A DNA stretch of 64,000 nucleotides from Octopus vulgaris (GCA_951406725.2 OX597823.1:89962001-90026000); one strand, 5' to 3'. Positions 13,320 to 62,593 are shown, counted from the first letter of the stretch. Numbers and translations: made by a program. The notes: generated by a model not told the origin, from the letters alone.

Positions 13320-13402
13320 GGATATATGGATATATGTATATATATATGTATACATATATATATGGATATATGTATATATATCTATATATCTATGGATATA
13401 TG

Positions 13403-13444
<42 letters not shown>

Positions 13445-13447
<3 letters not shown>

Positions 13448-14340
13448 ATATTAGGGAGTAAATCCAAACTTACAGGGAAAGATTAGATTTAGGATTAAAT
13501 CTAATTTTATAGTATAAACATATATTATATTAAATTAGAGATAAAACCACTATTAGGCAAATCAAACAGTGAAAATCATAAGCCAATACATAGAAATAAA
13601 ATTAATTAAAAAATATATAAAAAATATAAAATATAAAATATAAAAATCCAATTAAAATATTTAAATTAAAGATAAAATTCTAAAAAATTATTTAAATTAA
13701 TAATTTAAACTTATAAATTATAAATATATAATATATTTTTATTATTATTTTATTTAATTATTTATTTTTTTATTTTTACTTATATTTTTAAAAATATTTT
13801 TATATATTTTTATATTTTTATATTTATTTATTTATTTTTTATAAACTATCAAAAAGTATTAAAAGTTTAATACGCTAAAGAGTAAAAACACTACGATCGT
13901 TTCATGCCCGTAACCAATTCGAATAACAATAATTTAAATTCAATTAATAATTCAAGTTATGGTTACAGTCAATCTTCAGGTTAATTGTAATATTTTAATA
14001 AATAATCAAAAATATTCAAACAATATTTTTTAAGAAATAAATAATATAATAAATTTTCTTATAAAAAACTCTATTATCAAACTAGAAACTTAACGATTAT
14101 GATTATGTCAAAACAACGATTATAATGTTAAATATTAATTTTAATTTTTAAGTATTAATTTTTAAGGTAAGAAACCCACCAATAATCTTATATCAGTAAT
14201 AGTCAATATGTAATTACATAAATATTTTACAAAAAAAAAAATGATTATTCATATTATTAAAATATAAAATTTACATAATATATAAATTATCAATGAAAAT
14301 ATATAAATGTATATAAATATATAATTAAGATCTAAATAAT
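13445..14340 (-). mobile_element. extremely AT-rich PLE-type terminal repeat remnant between (TA)n tracts
   Basis: contains a hammerhead motif; the fragment attaaattagagataaaaccacta recurs at 59881. Confidence 0.55.
13889..13982 (-). ncRNA. type I minimal hammerhead ribozyme motif in an AT-rich PLE terminal repeat
   Basis: Minus strand: AC-CTGAAGA-TTGACTGTAACCA...TGGTTACGGGCAT-GAAA-CGATCG-TA-GT. Perfect ACGATCGT palindrome; helix I only 2 bp. Confidence 0.7.
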
Positions 14341-14350
14341 CTGTATATTT

Positions 14351-14381
<31 letters not shown>

Positions 14382-14389
14382 GTATATAG

Positions 14390-14430
<41 letters not shown>

Positions 14431-14601
14431 CACCCACTACACTCTCGGAGTGGTTGGCGTTAGGAAGGGCATCCAGCTGTAGAAACACTGCCAGATCTGA
14501 CTGGCCTGGTGCAGCCTTCGGGCTCCCCAGACCCCAGTTGAACCGTCCAACCCATGCTAGCATGGAAAGCGGACGTTAAATGATGATGATGATGATGATG
14601 A

Positions 14602-14640
<39 letters not shown>

Positions 14641-14777
14641 TATGTATATATATACATATGTATGTATATATATACATATGTATATATATATATGTATATA
14701 TATAAGTTATATATATATATGTATAGATATATATATATACCTATATATGTATAATGTATATATATATATGTATAGAA

Positions 14778-14884
<107 letters not shown>

Positions 14885-14989
14885 GGTGAGAGAGTTGGTG
14901 TGTGAAAGCACATGGTAGTATGTATAAAAAATAAAGAAAAGTGAAAAAACTACCTAAGGCTTGTGTTATAAGGTTAAAGAATATATTTA

Positions 14990-16500
14990 AGTCGTTATGT
15001 TAGAAAAATGTTAGAAAATGTTGTGTAAAACTCTCCATGTAGTGCCTTGGGTGTTGTTATTGTGTGTACGTGAGTTAATGCTGAAATATTTATTGAATTG
15101 TTGCCATTGTTGATTCTGTAATTGTTGTTATGTTCCCCATTGTGGGAAGATGGAAAAGGCACTAGGATGAGGCCCAAGTTATGCGGCCTTATCTGGCAAG
15201 GGAGTAGACGTGCAAGAGCTGGAGGTCCGTGAGTGGAACCTCGAAAGGTGAAGGAGTGTGAAAAGTTAGTCACAATGGAAGGAAGTACTTTGAAGCTGAC
15301 GCCACCCGAGGAGCTATCTGCGAATGTGACAAAGAGAACAGTGGTGTACAAAACCATGAAGGCAGTCACTAGGAAAATAGAGGTTGCCCCAATAGAGACA
15401 ATAGAAGAAAGTATCAAAGACATAAAAAGATACACAGCATTCGTAACAAGAGGAAGAAGATATACCACTGTGGAGGTGCGCTTCGCAACGGAGGAGGAAG
15501 CAGTTAAACACTCCACGGAGGCTATAAGATCGGAGGAGTGGGTGCTCTTGCCTTCGTACTGTGGCAAACGTGTGGCCAAAGTACGAGTGGATAAGGTGCC
15601 ACCCGAACTGAAGGAGGCATGGCTGATGACAGCCATAACGTATAATATGAAAGAAGGAAAGATTTCGAAGGCCACAAGGTGGACTACTGGGGTTATGGAA
15701 TTGAATTGACTATACAGGCAACAACGGAGGATTAGAACAGTGTGGTGGATGAGATTGTCCTCCCAGAAGATGTGAGACTGAGAGTTACAGTGAATGGTAG
15801 GCCGCCGATATGCTTTTCATGTGGAGAAAAGGGCCACATGAGGACATGGTGCACCCAGAAAAAGCAACAAGCAGAGCAGATGGAGATACAAGAGATCGTG
15901 GACCAGGTAGAACAGGTCAAGACAAAGGAAAAAGAAACAGAGGATGATTTTACTGTGGTAAAAAAAAAAAGGAGGAGCGGAGGGATGATTTGGGTGTGCC
16001 CTGGGCGTTGTTATTATGTTTACGTAGAGTTAATGCTGAAATAATTATTGAATTGTTGCCACTGTTGTTCAAATTGGTCTTGTCTGTCCTTGTGGTGTCC
16101 CCTCTGTGTTTGGGGCTTTATGCCTAATGAAGAAATCTGTCACCATGTAGTGCCTTACTGGATTTTACCTGGAGAAAGGAACCCTGAGGAAGGAAATGTT
16201 TTTACAGAGTGAGCTGAATTTGAACTATTTCCTACAAGCCGTTAAAACTTTTGTGAAACGGGCACAGGTTTGGACTAATACTTTCAATCGTTTGTCTTAA
16301 TTTATTTTCTAGCTTCATGATACCCCTTGTATATTTTATGTTTTTATGTTTATCTTGTTATATTCCTTATTTATGTTAATATTTCTATATTCTTATCCTG
16401 AAACTCCTAATGTAAATATGTGGATATTGGAATGGAATAATACCTCATGTCCTACATGTGAATTCTGAATTTGCTTGTGTGAATGTTTTAAGAGAAATAT
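14990..16500 (+). mobile_element. decayed Tx1/L1-like LINE: gag-like ORF1 with CCHC zinc knuckle, internally deleted
   Basis: CFSCGEKGHMRTWC; homologous to ORF1 remnants at 35200-35930, which precede an APE domain; ~65-bp direct repeat at 15047 and 16002. Confidence 0.65.
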
Positions 16501-16669
16501 CTGAAATTTTTATCGTATAGCAAATTTTATTAATCGTTAACTCATATACAAGCGAAAAAACAGTTGTACTATATAGTGGAGCTTTACCTCCATTAACATT
16601 CTCGTATTATACATACATTCATACATATAGCAATTTTTATTCTAGTAGGTTTCAAGTTTGTATCTCTTC

Positions 16670-17378
16670 TTTTCGTCTTCCCTTCTTTTACGCAACAAGA
16701 ACGACACGTATCTCGACCAGATTGTGACTTGCGATGAAAAGTGGATTTTTTAGGACAACTGACGACGCTCAGCTCAGTGGTTAGACACCGACGAAGTTCC
16801 ACGGCACTTCCCGAAGCCAAAGTTGCACCAAAAGAAGGTCATGGTGACTGTTTGGTGGTCTGCGGCCGGTCTCATCCATTATAGCTATTTGGATACAAGC
16901 GAAACCATTACGGTGGAGAAGTACAGTCAGCAAATGGAGGAAATGCATAAGAAACTCCGACAACAGCCAGCATTGGTCAATAGATAAGGACCAATTCTTC
17001 TCCGCGACAATGCTCGGCCGCACATTCCACAATTGACCCTGCAGAAGTTGAACGAATTGAGCTACGAAACTCTGCCTCATCCGCCATACTTACCAGACCT
17101 CTCGCCTACCGATAACCATTTTTTCAAGCATCTTGACAACTTCCTGGGTGAGAGATGCTTCAAAAACCAAGACGATGCCAAACACGTCTTCAACGACTTC
17201 ATCACCACCACAACGCAGGATTTTTACGCTACTGGCATAAATAAACTTGTTTCGTGTTGGCAAAACTCTGTTGATTCTGCTGGTGTTTATTTCCATAAAT
17301 AAAGTTTTGTTTGGGCCGAGATATGTGCATCTGAATTTAAAGGTTAAAAACCGCAAGATCTTTCTTGACAACCTAATA
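16670..17378 (+). mobile_element. mariner transposon, 3' half with right TIR (transposase pseudogene)
   Basis: IVTCDEKW, KVMVTVWW, DNARPH, HPPYLPDLSPTD.HFF motifs; TIR ...ccgcaagatctttcttgacaacctaa followed by TA. Confidence 0.92.
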
Positions 17379-18539
17379 AATAAAAAAAAAAAACAGGGTT
17401 TGCTTACTCAATAGAGGCAGAATATATTACACAGTATTGCATGGTATTAATGAAATTTTGAAAATTCCATATTTTTGGAAGCTGGATAAGAGATAACGTT
17501 TTTATTTCAAAATGAAATCTGGATCATTTAGTAAGGGAGGTAACTATCTTTATAATAAACGTACAAAACTAGCTAAGGGAAATAACTCTCATTCATATTT
17601 ATCAAACCCGATAATGCGGTTGTTTTTATTTTGTTAGTCCATGAAACTTGATGGTAGATTAACTTAAGGATAGGAGTAATCTCTGTGATCCAGCGGTTTG
17701 TTGGATAAGATTAAACATTTAACCTTGAATTACAGTGCATGATCTGTCCTTTTATTGCACGAGAAATATTTAAGAATAAAATCAAATAATTACTTTTACA
17801 TGATTCAGTCATTTGACTGCGACCATGCTGGAGCACCGCCTTTAGCCGAACAAATCGACCTCAGGACTTATTCTTTGTAAGCCTAGTACTTATTCTATCG
17901 GTCGCTTTTGCTGAACCGCTAAGTTACGGGTACGTAAACACACCAACATCGGTTGTCAAGCGATGGGGGTGGAGGTGGGCACAAACACAGACGCACAAAT
18001 ACATACATGCATACATACATACATACATACATACATACACACATACATACATACATGCATACATACATACATACATACAATCATAAACGTGGGTAAAAAT
18101 AATTAAATAATTTACTTCCAGTAGTCTGCATGTACAATAAAAGTCATAAGATGTAAAGTATTTGTTTATCAGAGAGAACAAATAGACGAAGAGAAGACCA
18201 TCATAGGACTTCTTACTTGCCAAAAAGGTCAAATGAAATTGTATAGGGATGGAACTGAGTGTGCGCGTGCTTACTTTATATTCTCGGTACATATTTCAGT
18301 GACATAATTATGCATTTTTTCCCCAGAGACCTTACTGACGGGCTACAAATGGCAGATTGGTTAATTGTTTTATTAAGTCATTAATAGAAAAAAATCCTGA
18401 GTATAAGGCTTACTGAATATTTATTCATTCTAGTGCCCTCATGCAACGTGCCTTAGGAATTTTTTTCGTGTTTCGTGTTGTGACTGCCCTTTCTAGCATG
18501 TAAGATGGTCTGCTCTTCGTGTATCTATACACTCTGATA

Positions 18540-18579
<40 letters not shown>

Positions 18580-19510
18580 CATATCCACTCACAAGGTTTT
18601 GTCGGCCCGAGGCTATAGTAGGAGACACTTGCCTAAGGTGCCATGTAGTTGGACTAAACCCGGAACCATGTAGTTGGGAAGCAAGCTTCTTATCACACCT
18701 GCCAAATAGATTGATGATTTTTGAAACTTTATCTGTTTCTAGATGATGTATCATTATTCCCAAATAGCCATTAAGACCAGCTGCTCTTGAGAAGGTCAGA
18801 CAATCTCATCGGTTGACAATTTCCCAAAATTGGCAACCGTCAAAGAATAGGAGAAAGTCATTGTCTGGAGGTAAGAGGATGGTTGCGAAGACATGTTTCT
18901 GGGTCTGTAGCCGTCATCTATACAACAATTGTTCAGAGCTGTGCCTCTACGTCAAACCTATTTACAACTGGGTGAACTGTACCCCTACTTGCAACTTGTT
19001 GACGGCCAGGTAGACCGTATCTGTCACAGAGTACTTTTGTACACGTGGGTGGACTGAACCTACCGGATGGTGCCTATTTACGCATGAGTCGTAATCGGAA
19101 TCTACGCCACCCGAAAGGTATTCGTAGAAAATTTTATTAAAGAAATATCCCTTTTATGAAAGTTATGAAAAAACAAAGATAGCGTAGAGGGAAGAGTCGT
19201 GTAGGAAAGCCTTTTAGACACAAAGGGATTCAATCAAAAAGACGAATTGTTGAAAGAAACCAAAATAAAACAAAACCTAACTCCACCTGCATAACATCTC
19301 GGAATACTTGCAGACGACTGTTATCAAGAGGTGGTGCATGACAAGGGTAGACAACGACGGGATGGTATACAACAGAGATTGTCCATCTCAGTGGTAGTAC
19401 ACGATGGAGTGGTATACCGTAAGGTACACCACCACAGTGGTAGAATACTGCGGTCGTAGTACTGCACGAGGGAGATTGTACACCGTGGTCGTAATACACG
19501 ACAATGATGT

Positions 19511-19862
19511 GATGGAAGCATTCCGTCGGTTACGACGACGAGGGTTCCGGTTGATCTGAATCAACGGAACAGCCTGCTTGTGAAATTAACGTGTAAGTGG
19601 CTGAGCACTCCACAGACACGTGTACCCTTAACGTAGTTCTCGGGGATATTCAGCGTGACACAGAGAGTGACAAGGCCGGCCCTTTGAAATACAGGTACAA
19701 CAGAAACAGGAAGTAAGAGTGAGAGAAAGTTGTGGTGAAAGAGTACAGCAGGGATCACCACCATCCCCTGCCGGAGCCTCGTGTTTTCACTCAATAAACA
19801 CTCACAACGCCCGGTTTGGGAATCGAAACCGCGATCCTATGACCGCGAGTCCGCTGCCCTCC
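19511..19862 (-). mobile_element. tRNA-derived SINE family D1
   Basis: B-box-like GTTTCGATTCC on minus strand; TSD acacgaca(a/g)tgatgt at 19496 and 19863. Confidence 0.82.
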
Positions 19863-20925
19863 ACACGACAGTGATGTACACTGCAGAGTAATAACCACGA
19901 GAGGGTGAGTACTGGATTAGCTGAATCGCTTGAGCGACCCATTACTGTATTTAACAACATCTTGTTACGTTTAGAGTTCGAATCCTGCTGATGTCAGCTT
20001 TACCTTTCGTCGCCCAAAGATCGATGGTGATATTCACCAACAATCAATAGATAAAGGGTTCGAATCCCAATTGTCATTCTTTACTTATTTTGCCTTTCTC
20101 TGGGACTAATGTTTAAAAAAAAAGTGCAATGTTTACTATTTACACACACGCATTCGCATACAGAAGCGATTTGCTATCGTTTTCGAGACAATATTCTATC
20201 CAAAGATGACAATTATCTTTTACGCAATCAAATTTAAATCCATATTTCATGGGGATCGAATCAATTAACTCATTTTTAACTTCAGCAAAGAAAAAAAAAT
20301 CATAAAAGAAGATACGGTTTGATGCCCAACAACAAGAGATATTGAATACAAAGAGAAATTATTGATGTAAGGGACATAACTCCGAACTTGCGTCGTTGGC
20401 TTAATTCAAATCAGCTGAAATTGACTTCCTACCAAAAAAGCAACTCCGCAGAAAATCTGTGGCCGTCGTCGTCACACAACTTTTGTAATGAAACAACAAC
20501 AACACCAACAACAACAACAACGAAAAGACAAACAACATTATCTTTTACAGCGTTAAGACTGAGGCCATGCTGGGGCATCGCCTTGTAGTTAGTCGATCGA
20601 ATCGATTCCAGTACTTATTTCTAAGCTTAGTATTTATTCTATCATATTCTTTTGCCGTGCTACTAAGGTACGGGGACGTAAACACACCAACACCGGCAGT
20701 CAAGTGGTTCCCACCCCCACACACATTTATACGATAAATTTCCGTCCACAAGGAACACTGACAAGGCTTTGGTCAGCCCGGGGCTGTAGTGGATGACCCT
20801 TGTGCGTGATGCTGCACAATGGGACTGTTCCTCAGGAATGGCGAGGGACAGATTTCATTGCAATGTTATAAGTATGTGTGTGTGTTTTAACATCTATATA
20901 AACACACATACACATATTTAGATGT

Positions 20926-21052
20926 ATTGGGTCTTCCCATAAATAATGCAGTTTTTTATACTTCTTTTATTTCTCAAAATTAAGATAAACAAAGTTCCTT
21001 TTTAATCTAAAATATACTCTCCTTCATTTCCCAAAATGCTCTTCCATCTATC
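20926..21052 (-). mobile_element. mariner 3' end fragment
   Basis: minus strand DRWKSILGNEGEYILD* followed by a mariner-like TIR ending in TA. Confidence 0.65.
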
Positions 21053-21099
21053 CGTCCATCCATCCGTCCGTCCGTCTGTCCGCCCGTCCGCCCGTCCGT

Positions 21100-21510
21100 C
21101 CATCCATCCATCCATCCATCCAGCCATTCATTCATTCATTCATTCATTCATTTATTTTGATCGTTGACTTGCTATTGGAGATGTGACCACGTCTGGAACT
21201 CTTTGCTTTTTAATTAATAGAACCACCCTGTCGTTCCCTTTAACTATATTTGGTGCTCATTATGGCTGTGTGGTTAAGAAAATTACTTGGCAACCACCAG
21301 ACTTCAGGTTCAGTCCCACTGTGTGGCACCTTGAAGAAGCCCATCATTTGTGCGTGTGTGTGTGTGTGTGCATGTGTTTGTGCTTGTCAATCACCACTGC
21401 TTGATAACCAGTGTTGGTTTGTTTGCACTCCTGTAACCTAGCAGTTTGGCAATAAAAACACGGATAGAGTATATACGAAGAACTAGGATTTATTTGTTCA
21501 ACTAAACCCC
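21100..21510 (+). repeat. ~400-bp segment duplicated in inverted orientation at 27951-28354
   Basis: non-SINE flank and a decayed SINE with the same deletions in both copies. Confidence 0.9.
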
Positions 21511-21899
21511 TTAAGGTGGTGCCCCAGCATGACCGCAGTCCATTGAATGAAACAAGTAAAAGGTTAAAAGTAAAGAATAATTTTAAGAATTACCATTACT
21601 CTTTTTCTCTTTTACGAGTTTTAGCATGATAGATGTGGCCATACTGGGGCACAGCTGTCAACTTTACTACACTTTCATAACTTGAAACCTTCTCCATATC
21701 TGGTATTTGGTGAATGAGGGATTTTTTGTTGATGTGCACAACATGAAGAATAAGGTGTATCTCAGGATGTCACAGAATGCATCTCTGTTGGGTCAAACAT
21801 GCCACCTTTTTAATAATAATACAACAGTTTTTATGAAACATTAAAGCAATCACTTCATTCACAAATTAAAGAGAAGATCATAGAGGAAGTTGCTGCTGA

Positions 21900-22284
21900 T
21901 TTGTTTGTTTGTTTGTTTGTTTGTTGAGCGAAGCGGTCTTCAACCCAGTAGTGGTAGAAGTCCGAAACGTGGTCCTTTGCTATTCGTAAGACCTGCAGAA
22001 GAGAAAGCAGGTCAACCCCCGACACCGAGAGCATCGACGGATGGATGAATGCGCATCGAGGCTCAGCGGTTGCGTAGGAAGTCGGGGACAAGAAACAGGA
22101 AGAAAGAGTGAGAGGAAGTTGGAGCGAAAGAGTAGAACAGGGGTCGCCACCAGCCCCTGCCGGAGCCTCGTGGAGCTTTAGGTGTTTTCGCTCAATAAAC
22201 CCACACAACGCCCGGTCTGGGAATCGAAACCGTGATCCTCCGACCGCGAGTTCACTGCCCTAACCACTGGGCATTTGCGCCTCC
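21900..22284 (-). mobile_element. tRNA-derived SINE family D2 (same head and core as D1, different 3' part, (AAAC)n tail)
   Basis: head GGAGGCGCAAATGCCCAGTGGTTAGGG...GTTTCGATTCC; ~160 bp shared with D1. Confidence 0.82.
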
Positions 22285-22889
22285 ACTGCTGCTGGTGCTG
22301 ATGTTATTCGTTGTCTTCGGCTATCTAGTACATTCCACATAATTCTAACCGGGCCAAGCTTTTTGCAACAGCTCTAACAAGCACTCAATTCCCATCTCTT
22401 CTATGTTCCTCTCAATATCTTTTCATACTCTCTCCAATGTCCCAACGACAATCCCTTCTATCTTCACCTTTTTCTTCTTTCACAGTCGTATTTAAGAGGA
22501 TTGTATACGTCAACTTAATCTTCCCCCACCTTTTTTCTTTTCTTTCCTTAATGGCGTAGTTATGGGTGTTTTTGCTTGATAATTTAATTTCTTACACTTT
22601 TACTATACTTTTCGTTTCTTTTCTTCCTGTAAAAATATGTCAATAAAATTGCAATCCGTTGTTAAAAAAAGAAAATGAATGGCTTAAATTCGAATCCAGT
22701 AAAATCAATGATAATACTTTCTCTATTACTGCTATGAAAATTCATTTATCCATAGAAATAAAATGCATATAAAAGTGTCACGAAACATTCAGAGAATAAT
22801 ATAAAAATGTGAGAATGAAGAGATTAGGCAATGATTATTTATGTACCAAGTGAGAAGTCATTGGAAAGTCATAAATTAGTAATTTATGA

Positions 22890-23300
22890 ATGGCTGTGTG
22901 GTAAGTAGCTTGCTAACTAACCACATGGTTCAGGGTTCAGTCCCACTGCGTGGCACCTTGGGCAAGTGTCTTCTGCTACAGCCCCGGGCCGACCAATGGC
23001 TTGTGAGTGGATTTGGTAGACGGAAACTGAAAGAAGCCTGTCGTATATATGTATATATATATATATATGTATGTATGTGTGTGTGTGTGTGTGTGTGTGT
23101 TTGTGTGTCTGTGTTTGTCCCCCTAGCATTGCTTGACAACCGATGCTGGTGTGTTTACGTCCCCGTCACTTAGCGGTTCGGCAAAAGAGACCGATAGAAT
23201 AAGTACTGGGCTTACAAAGAATAAGTCCCGGGGTCGATTTGCTCGACTAACGGCGGTGCTCCAGCATGGCCGCAGTCAAATGACTGAAACAAGTAAAAGA
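22890..23300 (+). mobile_element. family A SINE, near full-length
   Basis: intact A/B boxes, internal (TA)n(TG)n, typical tail. Confidence 0.9.
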
Positions 23301-23916
23301 GTATATGTGTGTATGTTTATATAAACGTATACAACCTTCAACAAAGTAACAGTCATGTACACAACTTGGACGGACACATGCCAGTACACGGACATACGTC
23401 CACATGCACATACACATGTACACACACACACACACACACAGACGCGTCTGCCCATTCTCCTAGATACTCACATACATACGTAGCACATAAGTACAAACAT
23501 ACATACATACATGCGTATGGGCATACACACGTACATACGCACGTGCATGTACACACATACACACATACATACGCACATGCGTACGTACGTGCATACACAT
23601 ACATACATACATACATACATACATACATACATACATACATACGTATATATATATATAACTTGAACTAACTAAATGTAAGGGGAAAAAAAGATAAGTAATA
23701 GTAAAACAAAAGTCTTGAGATATAGAGATAAGTGGCTGATAATAGGTTTTAGAGTTTTGTCGTGGGGGTAAGGGTCATAAATCACTTCCTAGTTTCGGCG
23801 GGGGGGGGGATGCTGAAATTTGATATTGTTGTAATGAGTGGTCAGTCTAGACCTATCCATCACTACAGGTTTATAGCTTTAAGTTTATAGTGTGTGTGTG
23901 TGCGTGTGTGCGTGCA

Positions 23917-24322
23917 TATACATACATACATACATACATACATACATACATACATACATACATACATACATGCATGCATGCATGCATACATACATACATA
24001 CATACATACATACATACATGCATACATACATACATACATACATACATACATACATACATACATACATACATACATACACACATGCGTACGTACGTACATA
24101 CATACATACATACATACATACATACATACATACATACATACATACATACATACATACATACATACACACATACATACATACATACATACATACATACATA
24201 CATACATACATGCATACATACACACATGCGTACGTACGTACATACATACATACATGCATGCATACATGCGTGCATACATACATACACACATACATACGTA
24301 CATATATACATATATATATATA
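23917..24322. repeat. (CATA)n microsatellite; similar tracts at ~5960-6160, 44978, 46060, 61266
   Basis: direct inspection. Confidence 0.98.
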
Positions 24323-25041
24323 TAACTAACTGTTACTTTCTCAGATGCAGCACGGATTTTTGTCAGTGAACAGGTTGCGGTCTTAAAGCGACGAAAATAT
24401 TTTGACAAATTAAACTTAAGTGTTGAAGTGAATCTAATAGTTTTTGTGTGTTTCTTAAATGGCTTACAAACACCTTCCACGCTGCAATTGTTTTCGTTTC
24501 AGCACACGATCTCAGATCAAATCACTTGCTATGCAAGTACATCTCCGTAGAGAATAATTTTAAGTTTATAGAAAAAAAAAGGAATGCTAAATACTAAATT
24601 TGATTCCCCCTAGGGTGGGGCAGAGTACTTATCACTTTAACCTTCTTCCAGATCTCACACCAAATTTTCATGTACCCAACTGTACCTGGGTCCCTGGCCA
24701 AATTAGCAAAATTCCCAATGTCCTTGGAGTATGTTTCTATTTTAGTAATGTTACCATAGCAACTTATTGAAAACCTTATTGGCAGTTGATCAAGTAAGTG
24801 TTTTGTGATGTTCTCTCGTCTTATTTTTTGCTTCCGTGTATATCGGGTATATCGGGTATATCTCATTGCTGAACTTGAAATTCACATTGAAAAGCATGTT
24901 TTCATGTTGTCTTTACTGCTCAGCCGTGTCCCCTTTCACCTGTGAAACTCCATGTTGCTGTTATGAACCCCAAATCCTTAAAACGATTTCTTTATTTTCG
25001 GTCACTCTTGTAAAATTAATAATTGTCAATTTCCCACTCTC

Positions 25042-25095
<54 letters not shown>

Positions 25096-25315
25096 TAATA
25101 ATTATAATAATAATAATGATAATGATGATGATGATGATGATGATGACGCTTCTTTCGCTATATCCTGCCATTCATATTATGACGTTCGAACCTCAGGGTA
25201 TGCCAGCTGACACTTGCCACCATCTCTCTCTCTCTCTCTCTCTCTCCTTCTCTTGCTCTTCTCTCAGGTTGTATCTCTTTTGTGGCAGCTCACCTGTTTC
25301 CGTCTTCATTCCTGA

Positions 25316-25354
<39 letters not shown>

Positions 25355-26728
25355 CTACCCCCTCCCTCACGGCCGGGTAATCTTGTACCTCCTCTACAGT
25401 AAGACACCAGTTTCTTTCTCACTATAACCTTTTATCATCTGACACAAGATCACCTCCTCCAATGCCCCCTGCCCTCTCAAAACGCATCCAGTCCACACTG
25501 TAAAGTATTTGGCATTTGGAAGGGCATCCAGCTGTAAAAACCTTGCTAAAACTGACTTCGCCTGTGCTTGTGTCATGTAAAAAGCACTAAGTCCACTCTA
25601 CTGAGTGGTTGGTTTTAGGAAGGACATCCAGCTGTAAAAATTCCAACAAAACAGTCGGAGAAATCTGATGCAGGCTTCTGCCTGGACAGTGCCTGCCAAA
25701 CCGTCTCACCCATGCCAGCATGGAAGGTGGATGTTACATGATCGTGATGATTTTTTTTAGTAATATTTAGCTGAAACCAAAGAGTGACGCAAAGGCTGGA
25801 AATTTCATGCATTCGCACTTACCAAACATTTGGTAAGGGCCAACAGGCGAAACTCTCGGCTCTTGAGTCACTCGGTTGCTTCTGCTTGCTTCTAAATACT
25901 AATGTGTGTGTGTGTGTTGAAAAATTAAAATGAAAATGCATAGTGAGCTTTAACATGGAAAAAAGCAAAGAAAATATGAAGTGATTTCAGTCATTTATGA
26001 CGACCCTTTCATACTGGGATAAAATGGAAAGGAAAATTGAAATACATGGAATTTAGCTTTCAGAATGCCCCAACTTTTACAACCTGGCCACCACCACCAA
26101 TTGGCAGCAAGCTGAAGGACACAAAATACAGCACCGCATAGTTTTTTTTACTAATAAAAAGATATGGACTTCCAGAACTGATATTCTGAAAGTTTAATGT
26201 ATTTCGAATTTTGATGATTAAAAGGGCGTCTATATACTTCTGTCATGTCTGTGTATGAGTAATTTTAAAATATATACATAGATACATGTACATAGACGTA
26301 TGCATTGATACATATATATAGATACATATCCATAGATACATATACATGCTGGAACAAGTGCATTAAACAAAAAAAATATTACAAATAAAATGCATCCAAC
26401 CGTTACAAAATACATTGATTTTACATATTCATTTACACAACCACAACACACACCACACACCACACACCCCAAACACACCTTTTTCTTATCCGTTCCCTTT
26501 CTCACTCTCATAAAACACCCAATCCCAAATTCAAGCCATTCACTCACATTCCTCCCTTTCTCCCCCATACCACCACTTACACTCCCACAGGCACTCTCAC
26601 TTGCACACCTGATACATATATTACGAACGTATATATGAAAGGTGATACAGATACTCACAAACAGAGACAGACACATTTAGAAATTGCTTGAAGCAGACGA
26701 CACATTTGTTCTGATAGGTTTGTTTACC

Positions 26729-61214
<34,486 letters not shown>

Positions 61215-61581
61215 TTTACGTGTGTATGTATATACGTACGTACATGTGAGTGTGTGTGTGTATAGATGTATGTATGTATGTATGTATGTATGTATGTATG
61301 TATGTATGTATGTATGTATGTATGTATGTATGTATGTATGTATGTATGTATGTATGTGAAGACGGACACATAGATGGACAGACAAACAGAGATAGATAGA
61401 CAGTTAGATAGATAGAAAGATAGATAGATAGATACGCATATATATACATATATAAATATATATACACATATATATAAATATATATATACATACATATATA
61501 TACGTATATAAATATATATACGTATATATATATTTATATAAATATATATATATATACATATATATAAATATATATATATAC

Positions 61582-61643
<62 letters not shown>

Positions 61644-62097
61644 TCACATGTAAGAGAAAAATTTTATAACTTCGTTAAATCGAAAGGCAATTTCGTTAGA
61701 CCTAAGAGCAAAAATACAAATAGGACAGCAGCTGGAAGTGCTCGGGTGATACCGAGGCGAAAGGAGAAGTAAATTGAAAGATATAATGAATAAACACTTC
61801 AATCGGTCAAAACAACTTTATAACAATCCCAGATTAACAAAAATTGAATATATATGCTGCACGGAATTTTGTCTGAACAGGTCCCTGTTTCAAAGCGAGG
61901 GAAATATTTTCACAAATTAAATTTAAATTTTGAAGTTAATCTAAGGCGTTTTGTGTGTTTTTTAAATGCCTCGAGACCATCTCTGCGATCACTTCAAACG
62001 ATACTGCTTCACATCGTTAATGTACAATACATTTAGGAAATACAACGTAACACCATTTCGTCAGGTGTTCAACTGAACAATGTAATAACCAGAAATG

Positions 62098-62570
62098 TTA
62101 GTTAGTTAGTTAAATTTTTTTGCTCAAAAAGCAAAAAGCAAGGCCATGTAGGGGGATATGGAGTTATGTACAGGGTGGTGTTCATGTAAAGAGTTCAGGC
62201 CACTTGTGGTCAAGGGAGACTTTGAACCGAGCGGTCGTCGGCATCTTCACTATTTCGTCCGGCAGCTTATTCCACGGATCCGCAACCCGGACGGAGAAAG
62301 CACCTCTCCTTCGATTGAGATGAAATCGTCGCAGATAGGGCTTTTCGGAGTGACCCCGCAGCCGACGCTCTGGAGCAGGAGTGAAGAACAGCTCTTTCGA
62401 GAGGTTACACTTTCCGCTTATGATGTTGTGAGCGAGAATGAGATCACCACGGCGTCGTCGTTTTTCTAGAGAATAAAGGTCGAGCGTCTTCAGCCTTTCT
62501 TCATAAGACAAATGCTTGAGACCAAGAACCATGCGGGTAGCCAGCTTCTGGACTCTTTCGAGATGTGAAG
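62098..62570 (-). mobile_element. CR1-type LINE 3' end, 5'-truncated, well preserved
   Basis: [49 protein letters not shown]; (TAAC)n tail. Confidence 0.9.
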
Positions 62571-62593
62571 TATATATAGATATATATATATGC

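Noticed and set aside
14995-15675. 226-aa minus-strand ORF (also antisense ORFs at 49947-50621 and 56004-57049)
   Set aside because: Antisense shadows of retroelement coding sequence.
16670-17302. Domesticated SETMAR-like host gene
   Set aside because: In-frame stops, no SET domain, TIR retained: a transposon fossil.
26684-26728. N-terminal extension MLEADDTFVLIGLFT from the ORF track
   Set aside because: Begins at TTG; ATG 26729 has good context and gives the typical SLC22 start.
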